Shown in pieces: positions 37,231 to 48,971 of a stretch of DNA of 64,000 nucleotides (positions are counted from its first letter, which is position 1; each line of letters starts with the position of its first letter). The position numbers and the translations under genes were made by a program. Under the pieces are notes generated by a model that saw only the letters and a program-made list of their open reading frames with translations, was not told the DNA's origin and did no database searches. Source of the stretch: Nemertoderma westbladi (lineage: Eukaryota; Animalia; Xenacoelomorpha); NCBI GenBank assembly GCA_032718475.1, contig JAUCBJ010005574.1, positions 1 to 64,000 on the forward strand. Reading direction: 5' to 3'.

Positions 37231-37538
37231 CCCCTCGACGATCAGCACTTCTATGCAAGACTCGCACTCTCAAGTACAATAACTTGATCTATGCTGCATA
37301 TTCTCACTCAGGGTCGATTTATGCGCGTGTTGCCGCATCCAGCAAACCTTACCCGATACAGAATGAGGAAGATATCCACACTCTCGGGGAATCACTTCGC
37401 TCGACCGTCAATTCTCGTAACAAGAACCGTGATGGTGAGAGAATCGCTTCACTAAGACGCACTGCTAGTCGCTCAAAATCAGCTACAAGAAATACCTTTG
37501 ATGCTCTCGCTTTAGACACGGAAACTGTAATCAACTAA
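37229..37538 (+). pseudogene. LINE ORF1, 3' part (continuation of 29002-29542)
   Basis: TACCCCTCGAC is duplicated at 29532-29542 and 37229-37239. The frame continues TPRRSALLCKTRTLKYNNLIYAAYSHSGSIYARV to a stop at 37538. Confidence 0.85.
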
Positions 37539-38089
37539 CCACTGAGGTATTGTAAATCTCTCTTCTGCTTAGTTTTCTTTATGAACGGTTTAAACCTTCC
37601 ATTGGTGATGGGATAACTCTAAAAGTTATAATAATATTGCTGTATTCAGTTAGGTTGAAGTTGAAACCCTTTTCCTGTTCCTATTAATATTATAGAAGTA
37701 TAGACTAGGACCTCCTCCTATACGGTAGGCCTACTATTACAGTTTATATGCCTTACCCGATATTAAAATTTTTTTTTGTACAGCAGTTAGGGCATGCATT
37801 TAGCACTATGAGTAGTAGCCCACTAGCTTTCCTTTTCTTAATTCGGTAGCTGTCATACTTTTGTGTTTGTTTTACCCCTACCCCCCTCCCCCCCCCTACC
37901 CAATCGCCCCATGCTTGAATCTTGCTACTTTTGTTACGCACCCTTTACACCTTTTGACACTTTCTTCTCATGTTTGTACTGTAAGAATAAATTTCACTTT
38001 CCGTGCGGCACCCATCTATAGGCACCTGGCTCCGGAGGTTGCACTTCTGCCAGTGACGTTTTCGGCAACTTTTGCACTATTGAAATATT

Positions 38090-38533
38090 CCGTTTTCAAA
38101 CCATAAATAACGACCATATAGATATTTTTGACCTTCACGAGCAAGAAACTGATCCACGTAGTGACAATATCAATGATGTATTAAACCAAACCTTTAACCT
38201 TTCAACTTATAACGAGATTGATCCGGATAATAACTTAATCGATCTAAACATAATAGAAGGAATCATCTCGGAATTCAGCATCTCTGAATTAGAATTTAAT
38301 AAAAAAATTTCAAACTCTAAATCATCCGCTTCACTTTCAATTCTTAACTTAAATTGCCATAGTTTATCAAAAAATTTTCATCGCTAACAGATTTTCTTTC
38401 TATTATTAATTTTAAATTTGACATTGTTACTTTAAACGAAACATTTATTGCAGATAACGATTTTATAAAAGTGCCGGTTATCATGATCCTTTTTTCGATA
38501 ATAGAAAAGCTGGAACACTACATCGGGGAGGTA
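38090..38533 (+). pseudogene. Start of ORF2 (APE endonuclease N-terminus) of the same L2/Crack-like LINE, truncated
   Basis: EIDPDNN, SILNLNCHSLSKNF, FDIVTLNET and RGG motifs. It ends abruptly where the duplicated PR/SET 3' flank begins. Confidence 0.7.
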
Positions 38534-38800
38534 CGGAGACATGATTTCTAACAAAATGTTTTGCTTTTGGGTGAAATGAAATTAACGACCAAGAAAACCC
38601 AATAATTGTTTGTTAATTTGAGACATTTCTCAATTTTGACAGACAAACAGACAGACAGACGTACAAACATTAAATAATCAATTTTTACGTTATATTTACC
38701 ACCGTTTGGCTTCTCTGTGTTACAATTATGACATGTTTGATTTGCCAAAAACCACATAAAACATTAAGAGTAAAATAGTGTTAATATATATTCATAGGAC

Positions 38801-40273
38801 TCATAGTTCCGTATGTTTATGTTTAATGGTTCCCAGGTCGATATACTTATGAAGCATTTCAACATATGTTTTTTCACTACCATCTAATTTTTCTTTTGAA
38901 TATTTATAATCATCATTAGTATATTCTCTTGGAGCAACAGCGATTTCATATATGTTATCTTTACTATCTCCATATAATGACAGAGTATCATCTTGTGGAA
39001 TATTCAAGGTATATGTAAGCCTATTCACCTTGTCTTCTAATGCTGCTAGAATATACCAGCTTAGAAGTTCCTCATTTTCCTCAATATCTCGATACGCTAT
39101 CATAAATACCCAGTTCCTTTTCCTAAAGGATCCCAAATTTTGTTCTTTTTCATGTCTTGCTAGGCGAATGTGGCGAGCCCAATTTGCCACTCTTGAGTCA
39201 GACACATCAAACAGCAGATCACTAGTAAGTTTCCATGGCACCCATTCTTCATACTCCTCAGCACTGTATTCAATTTCTCCAAAAACTGCACCATCCACAC
39301 GAAATATCGTCCCTGCAGAAATCTTCCGTGTTGCAAAGACCCCAGTAACATTAGAGTCGACTGTATAATTCCTTAACTCTGTTCCACTTGGCAATGTCTT
39401 TAAAACTCTGTCCTCGGTACCCATTGGAAACGCATCTCCTTCCAACCAATAGATGCTGTTCAACTTGATGGATTTGAACTTCCTGTTGATGATTTCATGA
39501 ATATATCCACGTGGGTTGATAAGTTTTGGAGCGAAGTCAGCATAAACCTTTGTGGGGGCAATGGGTGGCCGGTCTGAATGACAATCAACCTTAAATCCAT
39601 TCTCCTCATCAGCTAAACAGTTGTTACTCTGGATTGCTAGCAAATGTTTATCCAATATAACATACTCTGAGTAGTCTTCCATTGAAGGTAAATTAAAGTT
39701 ATAAGATATAGCATAACCAATACCATACCAAATCTTCAACTCATCACCAGCTCTAATTGGTTTATAGGCCAGATAGTAAATTCGATTGTTATCGAAAACA
39801 GATATAAGATTTTGCTCTTGTTCAAAATTAGCTGAATTTACATAACGGCACCAGTTGCTTGTTTCTGGATGTACTGCGTTCAGTGTTAGACGGTTTTCTT
39901 CTCCAGGTAAGACATTAAAAAAATCCCACTCCCAGCGGGGGTCTGTGGCAACTGATGGTGGATTGCTACCCATTTCATATAGAATTCCATCGAATTCCAC
40001 AAAAGTTCCTTTATCTAAGTCTATTTTCGCAAAGACACCAAGACCACTGTTTGGTATCATGGATTTCTTTAATACTAACTGATCTGGTAGAGTTAATTTG
40101 TCTCTACTTTCCACACCTACCTTCACAGCCTTGTCTGGTAGGAATGTTAACTTTGGAAATATTATGTTTGTGGAGGTTCCACTGATAGAAACAAATATTA
40201 ACAGAAAAAGCGACAAGGCTTTTGTCATTTTAACTATTTTCATAATGTATCTATTATATATCAACATAACCAT
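38801..40273 (-). CDS. Signal-peptide-bearing tandem PR/SET-domain protein with C-terminal HTEL (copy 1)
   Basis: Hydrophobic MTKALSLFLLIFVSISG (ATG at 40228). SET1: LPDQLVLKKSMIPNSGLGVFA...NWCRYVNSA...EQNL...IYY...IRAGDELKIWYG. SET2: LPSGTELR...GVFATRKISAGT...NWARHIRLARHEKEQNL...IEENEELLSWY. Ends KHKHTEL*. Intronless. Confidence 0.9.
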   Translation of the reverse strand: MVMLIYNRYIMKIVKMTKALSLFLLIFVSISGTSTNIIFPKLTFLPDKAVKVGVESRDKLTLPDQLVLKKSMIPNSGLGVFAKIDLDKGTFVEFDGILYEMGSNPPSVATDPRWEWDFFNVLPGEENRLTLNAVHPETSNWCRYVNSANFEQEQNLISVFDNNRIYYLAYKPIRAGDELKIWYGIGYAISYNFNLPSMEDYSEYVILDKHLLAIQSNNCLADEENGFKVDCHSDRPPIAPTKVYADFAPKLINPRGYIHEIINRKFKSIKLNSIYWLEGDAFPMGTEDRVLKTLPSGTELRNYTVDSNVTGVFATRKISAGTIFRVDGAVFGEIEYSAEEYEEWVPWKLTSDLLFDVSDSRVANWARHIRLARHEKEQNLGSFRKRNWVFMIAYRDIEENEELLSWYILAALEDKVNRLTYTLNIPQDDTLSLYGDSKDNIYEIAVAPREYTNDDYKYSKEKLDGSEKTYVEMLHKYIDLGTIKHKHTEL

Positions 40274-40381
40274 TAGTTTAATGTGTTAATTTCGAAACAA
40301 TTTAATGAGCTACAAATTCATTCCATACCTTTGATTCCATAGAGATCAGAAGCACCCGCACAGCACAGTAAACTGACGAAA

Positions 40382-40412
<31 letters not shown>

Positions 40413-40529
40413 GAAATTTAAGTTTTGAAATTAAAAAGTATGTGGCATATTAAATGTTTATTTATCATTAAAGCTTCGATAATAACTTCATAATATTCTA
40501 CTCTATTAAATGTTACACAATCTCCCTTA

Positions 40530-43008
40530 ATACAACAACCATTATTACCATGGAAATGGATGGACGTTAGTAACAAGCTCAGCAGTAAGAAACTCGGCCA
40601 ATGCATCAATTGGAGGAGTAGGAATTCTGCTAAGCCCATTTGCACTACAGACCCTAAACAACATCGAATCTATAAATTCCATGGTCATGATTGCAATATT
40701 TGATGGGAATCCCAAGACAACAGTAATATGTTGCTACAGTCCAACCAATGCCTCAGAGCCAGAACAAGCAGTTAAGTTTTATGAAGATCTGACTTACTTA
40801 TAAAGGACATTCCGAAACACAATGTCAAAGTCATTGCTGGTGACCTGAATGCTCAAATTGGCCCAGAAGACATCAAGGGTTACTTACACACCTATAACAC
40901 CAGTTCGAAAAGAAATGGGTGCTTACTCTTAGACCTAATGGAAGAATGTGAATTGATGCCCACAAACACCACATTCTAAAAGAGTAAGGGGAAGCTATGG
41001 ACCTTTCAATACCCTAACGGAACCAAAGCACACCTGGATGACATCCTTATAAACAAAAAGTGGACAAACAGCATAATTAACAGTGAGGCATTGAGCTCAT
41101 TCAACCTGATAGGTTCGGACCACAGAATTGTGACTGCAGAGATCCGACTAATTATGAGAGCCAGCAAACCCAGGACAAGTAAGCGAATCAACTATGACTG
41201 GGAGAAACTCAGAACTGACAATGCTGTAAAGGATGCTTATACAGTAGAAGTTCAAAACCGCTTTGAAGCACTTCATTCAATGGATGAATACCAGTCTAGT
41301 GTTTCAATATACCATTATATAATAAAAGCCCACAAGGAATCAGCCAAGAGGCATATTCCCCTGAAACCCAAACGAAAATATTATGTGCCATGGCAAAACT
41401 CTGAGGTTACTTGTATGAAAGAAGATCTTAAGATCATGGGCCAGGGCAGTTTTCATTTCGGCATGAATGCTTTAAAGGGACCAGCCAGGGCGTATGCATC
41501 CTTAAGTGGTAGCTAAATGAGTACTGGAGTTTCCTCTGGGGAGTAAAGTTCTGGGGGGACCACACTGGAAATAAGTCGGGACCACACTGGAAATAAGTCG
41601 TCAGACTTTGTGCGTAATCCCTGGCCTAGTGGCTGAAGAAAATTTACTTTACTTTTACTTTGACCTCGGTGTACCAACAAACTATAATGAGATCTGTCTG
41701 CTTGTAGTAGCTGCCAAAATGTACAACAAAATGATTCTATATAGAATTAGACCTCATATAGAGAAACTGCTGCATAAGAGCTAAAACGGATTTCGACCAA
41801 ATAGATCAATAATAGCTCAGATACTTGCACTACGGAGACTGATTGAGGGAATTAAGCCAAAGAATCTCCCTGCTGTCCTCACTTTTGATGACTTCAAGAA
41901 AGCATTCGACTCAATCCATAGAGGTAAAATACTGGAAATCCTAAGAGCTTATGGAATACCAGAGGTAATTATGGCTGTCATTGGATTATTATATTGTGAC
42001 ATAGAAGCTCAGGTACTCTCACCAGATGGTGAAACTGAGTTCTTCTCAATCCTGGCTGGCGTACTGCAAGGTGACACCATTTATATTTGACTTGACACCA
42101 TTTTTACTTCCATTTCTATTTGTAATTGTACTGGATTACGCAATGAGGATGACCACAAAGGGTGAAGAGCTGAGATTCACACTACAAGAGCGCAGAAGTA
42201 GTAGATATCCGGCAGATATAGTCACAGACATCGACTATGCGGATGACATCGCCCTGCTCTCTAATACACTAGCAGATGCACAGCTTCTACTAAATAAAGT
42301 GGAGAGGGCTGCTGCTAAGGAGGTTGGATTGCATATAAATGCTACCATGACCAAATTCACGACTTTTAATGTTAATGGAAACTTGACAACAATTGATTAT
42401 AATCAATTAAGGAAGGTTGATGACTTCCACTACCTTGGGTCATGGATAGAGTAGCAAAAAATACATAGAAGTTAGGAAAGCAAAGGCAAGGGTAGCACTA
42501 TCAAAAAAGGATACTATCTGGAAATCAGATCTCTCCAAAAACCTGAAGACTAAGTTCTTTCGAGCCACAGTAGAAAGTGTACTACTTTTATATGGGGGTG
42601 AGACCTGGACACTGACGAAATCACTTGAACACCGAGGTTGCTACATAAGACTACTAAGGACAGCCTTACACATCTGCTGGAGACAACATATGACAAACGC
42701 CGAGCTCTATGGTACTATACAACCTGTATCAACCACTCTCCGTGTAGATTAAGATTCAAGTGGGCACTGCTGCAGAATTAAAGACGCGGTCATACCAGAT
42801 CTACTTTTCTGGCAATCAACACATGGAAAGCATACCCGTGGACGACCGGCTATAACATATATAAGGGATACTGAACTTGAAAGGGATAACATATATAAGG
42901 GGTACTGAACTTGAAAGAAACGAAATTGTGACAACTACAGTATGGAGAATCGGGAAGCCTGTAAGGATCTGATTTCCACTGTCCGAGTTCGCTCGACCTA
43001 GTAGTAGT
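40530..43008 (+). mobile_element. Decayed RTE LINE, family B
   Basis: CYSPTN, AGDLNA and SDHR (APE); DFKKAFDSIHR, GVLQGDT, DYADDI and FHYLGSWI (RT); CCTAGTAGTAG tail at about 42996-43008. Confidence 0.88.
41432..41661 (+). mobile_element. 5'-truncated SINE (Nin/Deu-like core, LINE-derived 3' end, (TTTAC)n tail) inside the RTE
   Basis: AAATGAGTACTGGAGTTTCCTCTGGGGAGTAAAG core; tandem GGACCACACTGGAAATAAGTCG; tail TTTACTTTACTTTTACTTT. It interrupts the RTE reading frame. Confidence 0.55.
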
Positions 43009-44867
43009 CTTTTTACCAAGTCGGAGTCCCCCACCCCATAAATATTCGCATGCTATTTTGGTATGAAGATAGTTCAATTACTTTTTTTACAGCTGGCCTG
43101 GCTGGACTTTCAAATTTGAAATTATTTAGGCACAACAACCCGTTAAAAAATGCCTACTTAGCAATATTTAGCCATCAATGTTGGCTTTAAATTTTGTCTC
43201 TTGAATATAATCTAGAATCATTAGAAATGTCTTCATCTGCAGATTCCGATTCTGAAAAGCGTTTTACATTTCACCTATAACCTTCTGAGATATTTTAAAA
43301 ATTCAAAGCTGTATTCAGCTCTGTGAACGCCCTTTTCGATGGTGCAGCACATGATTCGTTATGTTCATTCTGTTTTTAAGTGGAAAAAATATTCCCGTAG
43401 GTAGTAAGTGAGACAATTAAATGTACATATTTTAAAATTTACATTCACTTTTCTAAGAAATATATGGAAGTAATATTATTTTGGACAATTATTGTTATGT
43501 CATAGTCATTTGTAATTTGTATTTCGGATTTGTGAGTTGCCCTTATTAGTTGATTGTTGTTGTACCCGTGCTATTTGTGAAATATTTGTCAATAAATTTA
43601 TATATATATATATACATTTGACACACAAATCGAAATAATTCTAATGATTTTGACTAAATTCTAATATATTAATTACGTGAAATGAAGAAACAAGATTAGT
43701 CCAGTCAAAATAGGGCTCAACCTCGGACAAATTGCAACAGAATTTAATTTAATATTTTCTAGGGTCAAATTTTATGCAAATCAACATATCCAAAATCGGC
43801 CCAAATCAGGTTGTTGGAACTTAGATAAAAAGACCATTTCACCATGGCAACAGAAAGTCATACATAAATCACCCATTTCCTATAATCCTACGGAATTCTA
43901 ACCTTGACCTACCGCATCCAAATCACCATCGAAAAATGCGATGGGGAAGTTTTTGAAACACGGTTACTATGACAACTATGAGAATTGCATCGTCGTAATT
44001 AATTGTACAGTGAATTTATGAAATTTCGGAAACGTATCCGTATTGCTTGTTCCCAAAGTTGCAAAATTAGGAAACTCTGTAATTATATTATCCTTAACCA
44101 TAAATGTTTTTTTCTAGATTCGGCATTGAAGTGGAAAAGCAGCTGTCCTGTAACCTAGGTAATAAGAAAATAATATCACCTATAATGTTTCTTCAGTTTA
44201 AATATGGTTACTATCATTTTAAAAAGAAACCCATTCAGGATCAAGTACCTCACATGTTGCTATGTTCAGACCATAATTTGCCATCCAATCATAGTCATCA
44301 TTCATGATCACAAGCGAAGTCATTATTCTGTTGTTACCATAGCAACGGGCATATTTTAGTTTTTATATAGTTTTAGTAACGTATTTGGTATTTTATTGGC
44401 ATTGAAAGTTAATCAAATTAAAGATTATTGAAAAAAATTGTGTGGAGTCTGCTACAGTTATTTTATTTAACAAAGTCTTGAATTTTGACCCTATCAACGG
44501 GAGTTTTGATCCTAATTCGGGAGTGACTTCTTAAAATGACTCCAAATTCTGTTTAATATACATTTCAGTATTTTGTACCATGAGATGTTGTAGAAAATTA
44601 CAAAATTATATTCGAATGACCTTAATGTACTTAGCAACGAAAGTTTTCCTTAGCAACCGGGGTCTTTTAGTACCAACATCGCGTTTTTAAAGTGATATCA
44701 TGTTATTTAATGAGCTGTGAAGTTTAATAACAGTAGTAAGTTATCCTTGGCAACGTTGAATTTTGTATAGCAACAGCGAGTTACCTTAGTTTCTACATCA
44801 ATGTTGAATTGTCAAAATTGAACGAAGTGGTGGGTGGAAGGGATCAACAGTATATTTTGCAGGAGAC

Positions 44868-45830
44868 ATGAAATTACAAATGAAGAAAGGGGCATTTTTA
44901 TCTAATAAAGATGCATTTATACATACGATTGGGGAAAACCTCACACAAATAGGATGCACTATAATTTATGAAGAAGCTGATGCTGATGTAACTATCGCCC
45001 ATATGGCGATTTCTTCAGCAGCAAATAATGATACTGTTGTTATTGGTGATGATACTGACATCCTAGTGTTACTCATATACCATTGTAATAATGTAGGATA
45101 GAAGGTTTATTTCAAGCCTGAACCTACAAAGACATCTCAAAAACAAAGTCATTGCTGATACATTGTTCTAACTCGGTCTTTACTTGCCTCTATCGTTTGT
45201 GAAAATATATTTTTCATATTCTATATTAATTAGGTTGTGATACACCTTCTGGACTATATGGAATTGGGATAAAACGAGAACTGTGTTTAATTAAAAGAAA
45301 TAATTACTTCGTATTACAGGCCAAAATATTTCTAAATTCTGGGTCCACTAAAGAGGAAGTTATAAAGGCGGGAGAGAAAGTCCTGGTTCAAATTTATAAA
45401 GGCCATGCTGGTGAGACTATTAATGATGTCAGGCTTCGTAAATTTGTAGAAAAGACATCATCAAATTCTGCTGTAGTCCAGCCATGTTGCCTACCCCCAA
45501 CAGCATCACCATCCAAGTTCCACAGCCTCTGAGTGTATCACCAGGTGCAGAACTGGAGAGGTAACAAGCTTACACCAATGTAATGGGGTTGGTTTGTCGA
45601 CAACAATGTCATGATGCCTATAATGACAGATATATTGCCGGCACCACAATATCTTTTAAACGTTATAAGATGCAAATGCAAGACTGTGCACTAGACTACA
45701 AGAATGATTCTCTGCTCGAAGTTCTTGCCGCAAAAATGGCTTGGACTGTTCGACTGCATGCCACGAATGTAGAGGCATCTGCAGCAATATTGCTACATCG
45801 ACAATGGTCCTGATGAGGATGAACTTTGAA
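44868..45830 (+). pseudogene. Academ transposase C-terminal remnant (XPG/PIN-like nuclease + Cys8 finger)
   Basis: EEADADVTI, GDDTDILVLL, GCDTPS..YGIG, LPPT...HSLRVYHQVQNW, WGW, PAPQYLLNVIRCKCK and CRKNGLDCSTACHECRG, with stops and frameshifts. Confidence 0.8.
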
Positions 45831-45901
45831 AAATACGTCATAAGCATTGTAAATTAGATATTTCTAGAGAACTCGCCATTAATACTGTAAGTATTAATGA
45901 A

Positions 45902-46279
45902 GTTGCACGCGTCATACTGGCTAACAGGGGGCTATTGTATATATATATATAAAATAAACAGGTAAAACCTCGAGACTTAAACCCTACAAACTAACAAAAA
46001 ACATAGAATCAGTGACATTAACGCCCAAAATAGTACTCAGCCACTAGGGCCATCAAAAACCACAAAACAATACAAACAAACAACAACATAAATAAAAAAC
46101 CATCACACCTCATCAGCTGAACAAAGGATTACCCAAAGCCTATCTATATTGCACCAATGACCTACTATACTCCGAACTATGTTATCACTCTCCCAAAACA
46201 GACATCAGACCGCAGAACAATGAAACCAAATGGTAAGTGAATCTATGTTACCCAATGGTTTTGAGGTTTATACAGTTGA
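45902..46279. repeat. 378-bp direct repeat, copy 1 (LINE-like 3' end on the minus strand + (TA)n + flank)
   Basis: Near-identical to 48593-48971. Its reverse complement resembles 54660-54770. Confidence 0.9.
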
Positions 46280-46290
46280 CAGTTGATACA

Positions 46291-48563
46291 TTTCTCTTAG
46301 CGCAGTGGGTGTTCAAGAGCACCGAATGCAGACTGGACAGACTGATGAGGTTCTGATTAAGGACATGGGGGGCGGTTGGCGACTCGCCCTCGCTTCAGCA
46401 GATGATAGTGGCAATGGTGGAATTGGTCTATTGATGAATCCAACTGCACATGCAGCATTGGACAAAATAGACCAAATCTCTAACCGCATCATCCATTGTC
46501 ACTTCTCATGTTCTGGAAGACTGGCTAAGAAGTTTTCTAAAGTGGTTCTGATTGTGTGCTACTCTCCAACTAGTGTTGCCCCTGTAGAGGAGGTGGAAAA
46601 TTTCTACCATAATCTACAAGCAGCTTCTGATGGAGTGGATCAGCATGCATTCTTAACATTCCTGGGAGACTTTAATGCAAGTCTGCATCAATCACCTACA
46701 TCGCCCTGGGTCTATAGCAATAGTGTTAACCGAAATTCCGTCCATCTTCAGGATTTTATCTCTGGAAATGGATTGTTTTCGGCTGGAACCCAGTTCAAGA
46801 AGCGAACTGGAAAGCTATGGACTCATAGTGGACCCAGTGGTCACAAGACCCAGATAGACCATATTCTGTTTCGTAGGAAATACAGGAGCTCTATACAAGA
46901 CTGTTATGCATTTACACTTCGACCCTTCTCCAGTGATCACCGCCTTATTGTGGCCAAGGTAAGACTTAGTCTGCGTGCTAGCAGAACAACGAAAGAACCA
47001 AGAATGCAGTTAAGGCTGCATCTAGGTCCCTGAATAGGCAGTACTCTGTTAATCTACAGGAGCTAATAAACCAACAGGTTGATGCCATCAATGATGCTGA
47101 TGACAGCAGGCAATCATCCCAGGCATGGAAATCGATCAACTTGCTTACTGGTCGGAAAAGCCAACCAACCACCAAGGTTAAGGCTGAATCACCAGCCGAT
47201 CGCCTCAATGGTTGGAAGGCCCACTTTGAAAAGCTCCTCAATAATGACATGGTATTGCCTGATAACTTTATAGAAGTAAAAGTGTCTGAGTCTGTACTCC
47301 CAGATATTCCCATTGGCGATATCTCCTTTGCAGAAGTGAAGGCTGCTGCAAAGAGCATTAAGTCCAATCGTGCAAGTGGAGTAGATGGTGTTCCCCCTGA
47401 GGTCTATAAAATACCTGAGTGTTTAAAGCTCATCTATCCCATCATTGTAGACATGTACCGAACAACAAGAGTCCCATAAGAAATGAAAACAAATAAGTTG
47501 GTGCCAGTTCCAAAGAAGGGTAACCTAACACTCTATGGTTCTTTTCGGGGAATCTCATTGATCTCGATTGCTGCAAAGCTAGACAATATAATTCTATTAA
47601 ATCGCATCAGGGATCCCATTGAGAGACTGCTCCGTGGAAATCAGAATGGGTTCCGTAAAGGTCGTGGGACCATGGAGCCCATTTTGGCACTTAGACGGCT
47701 AATTGAAGAGTTATCAAAAAAGAAAGACAGGCATCTGGCTGTTCTCTTTGTTGACTTCTTCAAGGCCTTTGATTCAGTCTCTCGCTCATGCATGTTCAGC
47801 ATACTTTCATTATATGGAATTCCTGATGAAATTATTGCAGCAATCAGATCAGTATACGATGGTTCGACAACATTTGTGTTTACTGTTGACGGTGACACAG
47901 AACCATTTGAAGTGTTATGGGGCGTCCTCCAGGGAGACACACTTGCACCATTCTTGTTCATAATTGTGGTTGACTATGTTCTACGCATGTCCTTAGATCA
48001 TCATAATGATGATGGGGTGATGATAACGCCACCTACTAAGTCGAGGAAATCCTGCCAAGTACCTAACTGATCTAGACTTTGCTGATGACTTAGGAGTACT
48101 CTCAGAATCACTAGAGGGAGACCAACGGCTCCTCAGCTCATTAGAACATGCTGCTTCTAGTGTTTGTCTTTTTATTAACTCCAGAAAGACCAAAATTTTG
48201 ATAGTTAACTTTGAAAGTCTTCAGCAAGTTTCTGATCGGATGAGCATAAGCTCAAAGGATGGTATGCTTGAGCATGTGGACGACTTCTGTTACCTGGGAT
48301 CATGGATCCGGAAGTCAGGTGAGGACCTTTGAATACGTAAGGGAAAGGCATGGGCAGCCTTGAATAGGCTTCCAGGATTTGGAAGTCACCGAGAATTAAT
48401 CGGAAACTTAAGGTCCGATTATTTAGAGCAGCAGTAGTGCCAGTACTCCTCTATGGGAGTCCATGCTGGGCTCTAACTGCTGAGGAGGCACATTCACAAT
48501 AATGCTACGCCGGGTTCATTGTGTCAAGTACAATGCACACATCTCCAACCAGACACTATATAA
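46291..48563 (+). mobile_element. RTE family A internal fragment (no 5' end, no tail)
   Basis: ORFs 46305-47033, 47141-47479 and 47483-48070 match the other family A copies. Internal deletions near 46995 and 48487. Confidence 0.92.
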
Positions 48564-48592
48564 TAATTATACTATAATTAAATGCGGTCGCG

Positions 48593-48971
48593 GTTGCACG
48601 CGTCATACTGGCTAACAGGGGGCTATTGTATATATATATATAAAATAAACAGGTAAAACCTCGAGACTTAAACCCTACAAACTAACAAAAAACATAGAAT
48701 CAGTGACATTAACGCCCAAAATAGTACTCAGCCACTAGGGCCATCAAAAACCACAAAACAATGCAAACAAACAACAACATAAACAAAAAAACCATCACAC
48801 CTCATCAGCTGAACAAAGGATTACCCAAAGCCTATCTATATTGCACCAATGACCTACTATACTCCGAACTATGTTATCACTCTCCCAAAACAGACATCAG
48901 ACCGCAGAACAATGAAACCAAATGGTAAGTGAATCTATATTACCCAATGGTTTTGAGGTTTATACAGTTGA
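48593..48971. repeat. 378-bp direct repeat, copy 2
   Basis: Near-identical to 45902-46279. Confidence 0.9.

Noticed and set aside
38801-40273. Calling the PR/SET genes PRDM9 or PRDM7
   Set aside because: No KRAB, SSXRD or zinc-finger array; two SET domains and secretory signals. Orthology cannot be supported, so no symbol is given.
46105-46125. CTGATGAG (minus strand) in the 378-bp repeat as a hammerhead core
   Set aside because: No GAAA or stem II at a suitable distance.
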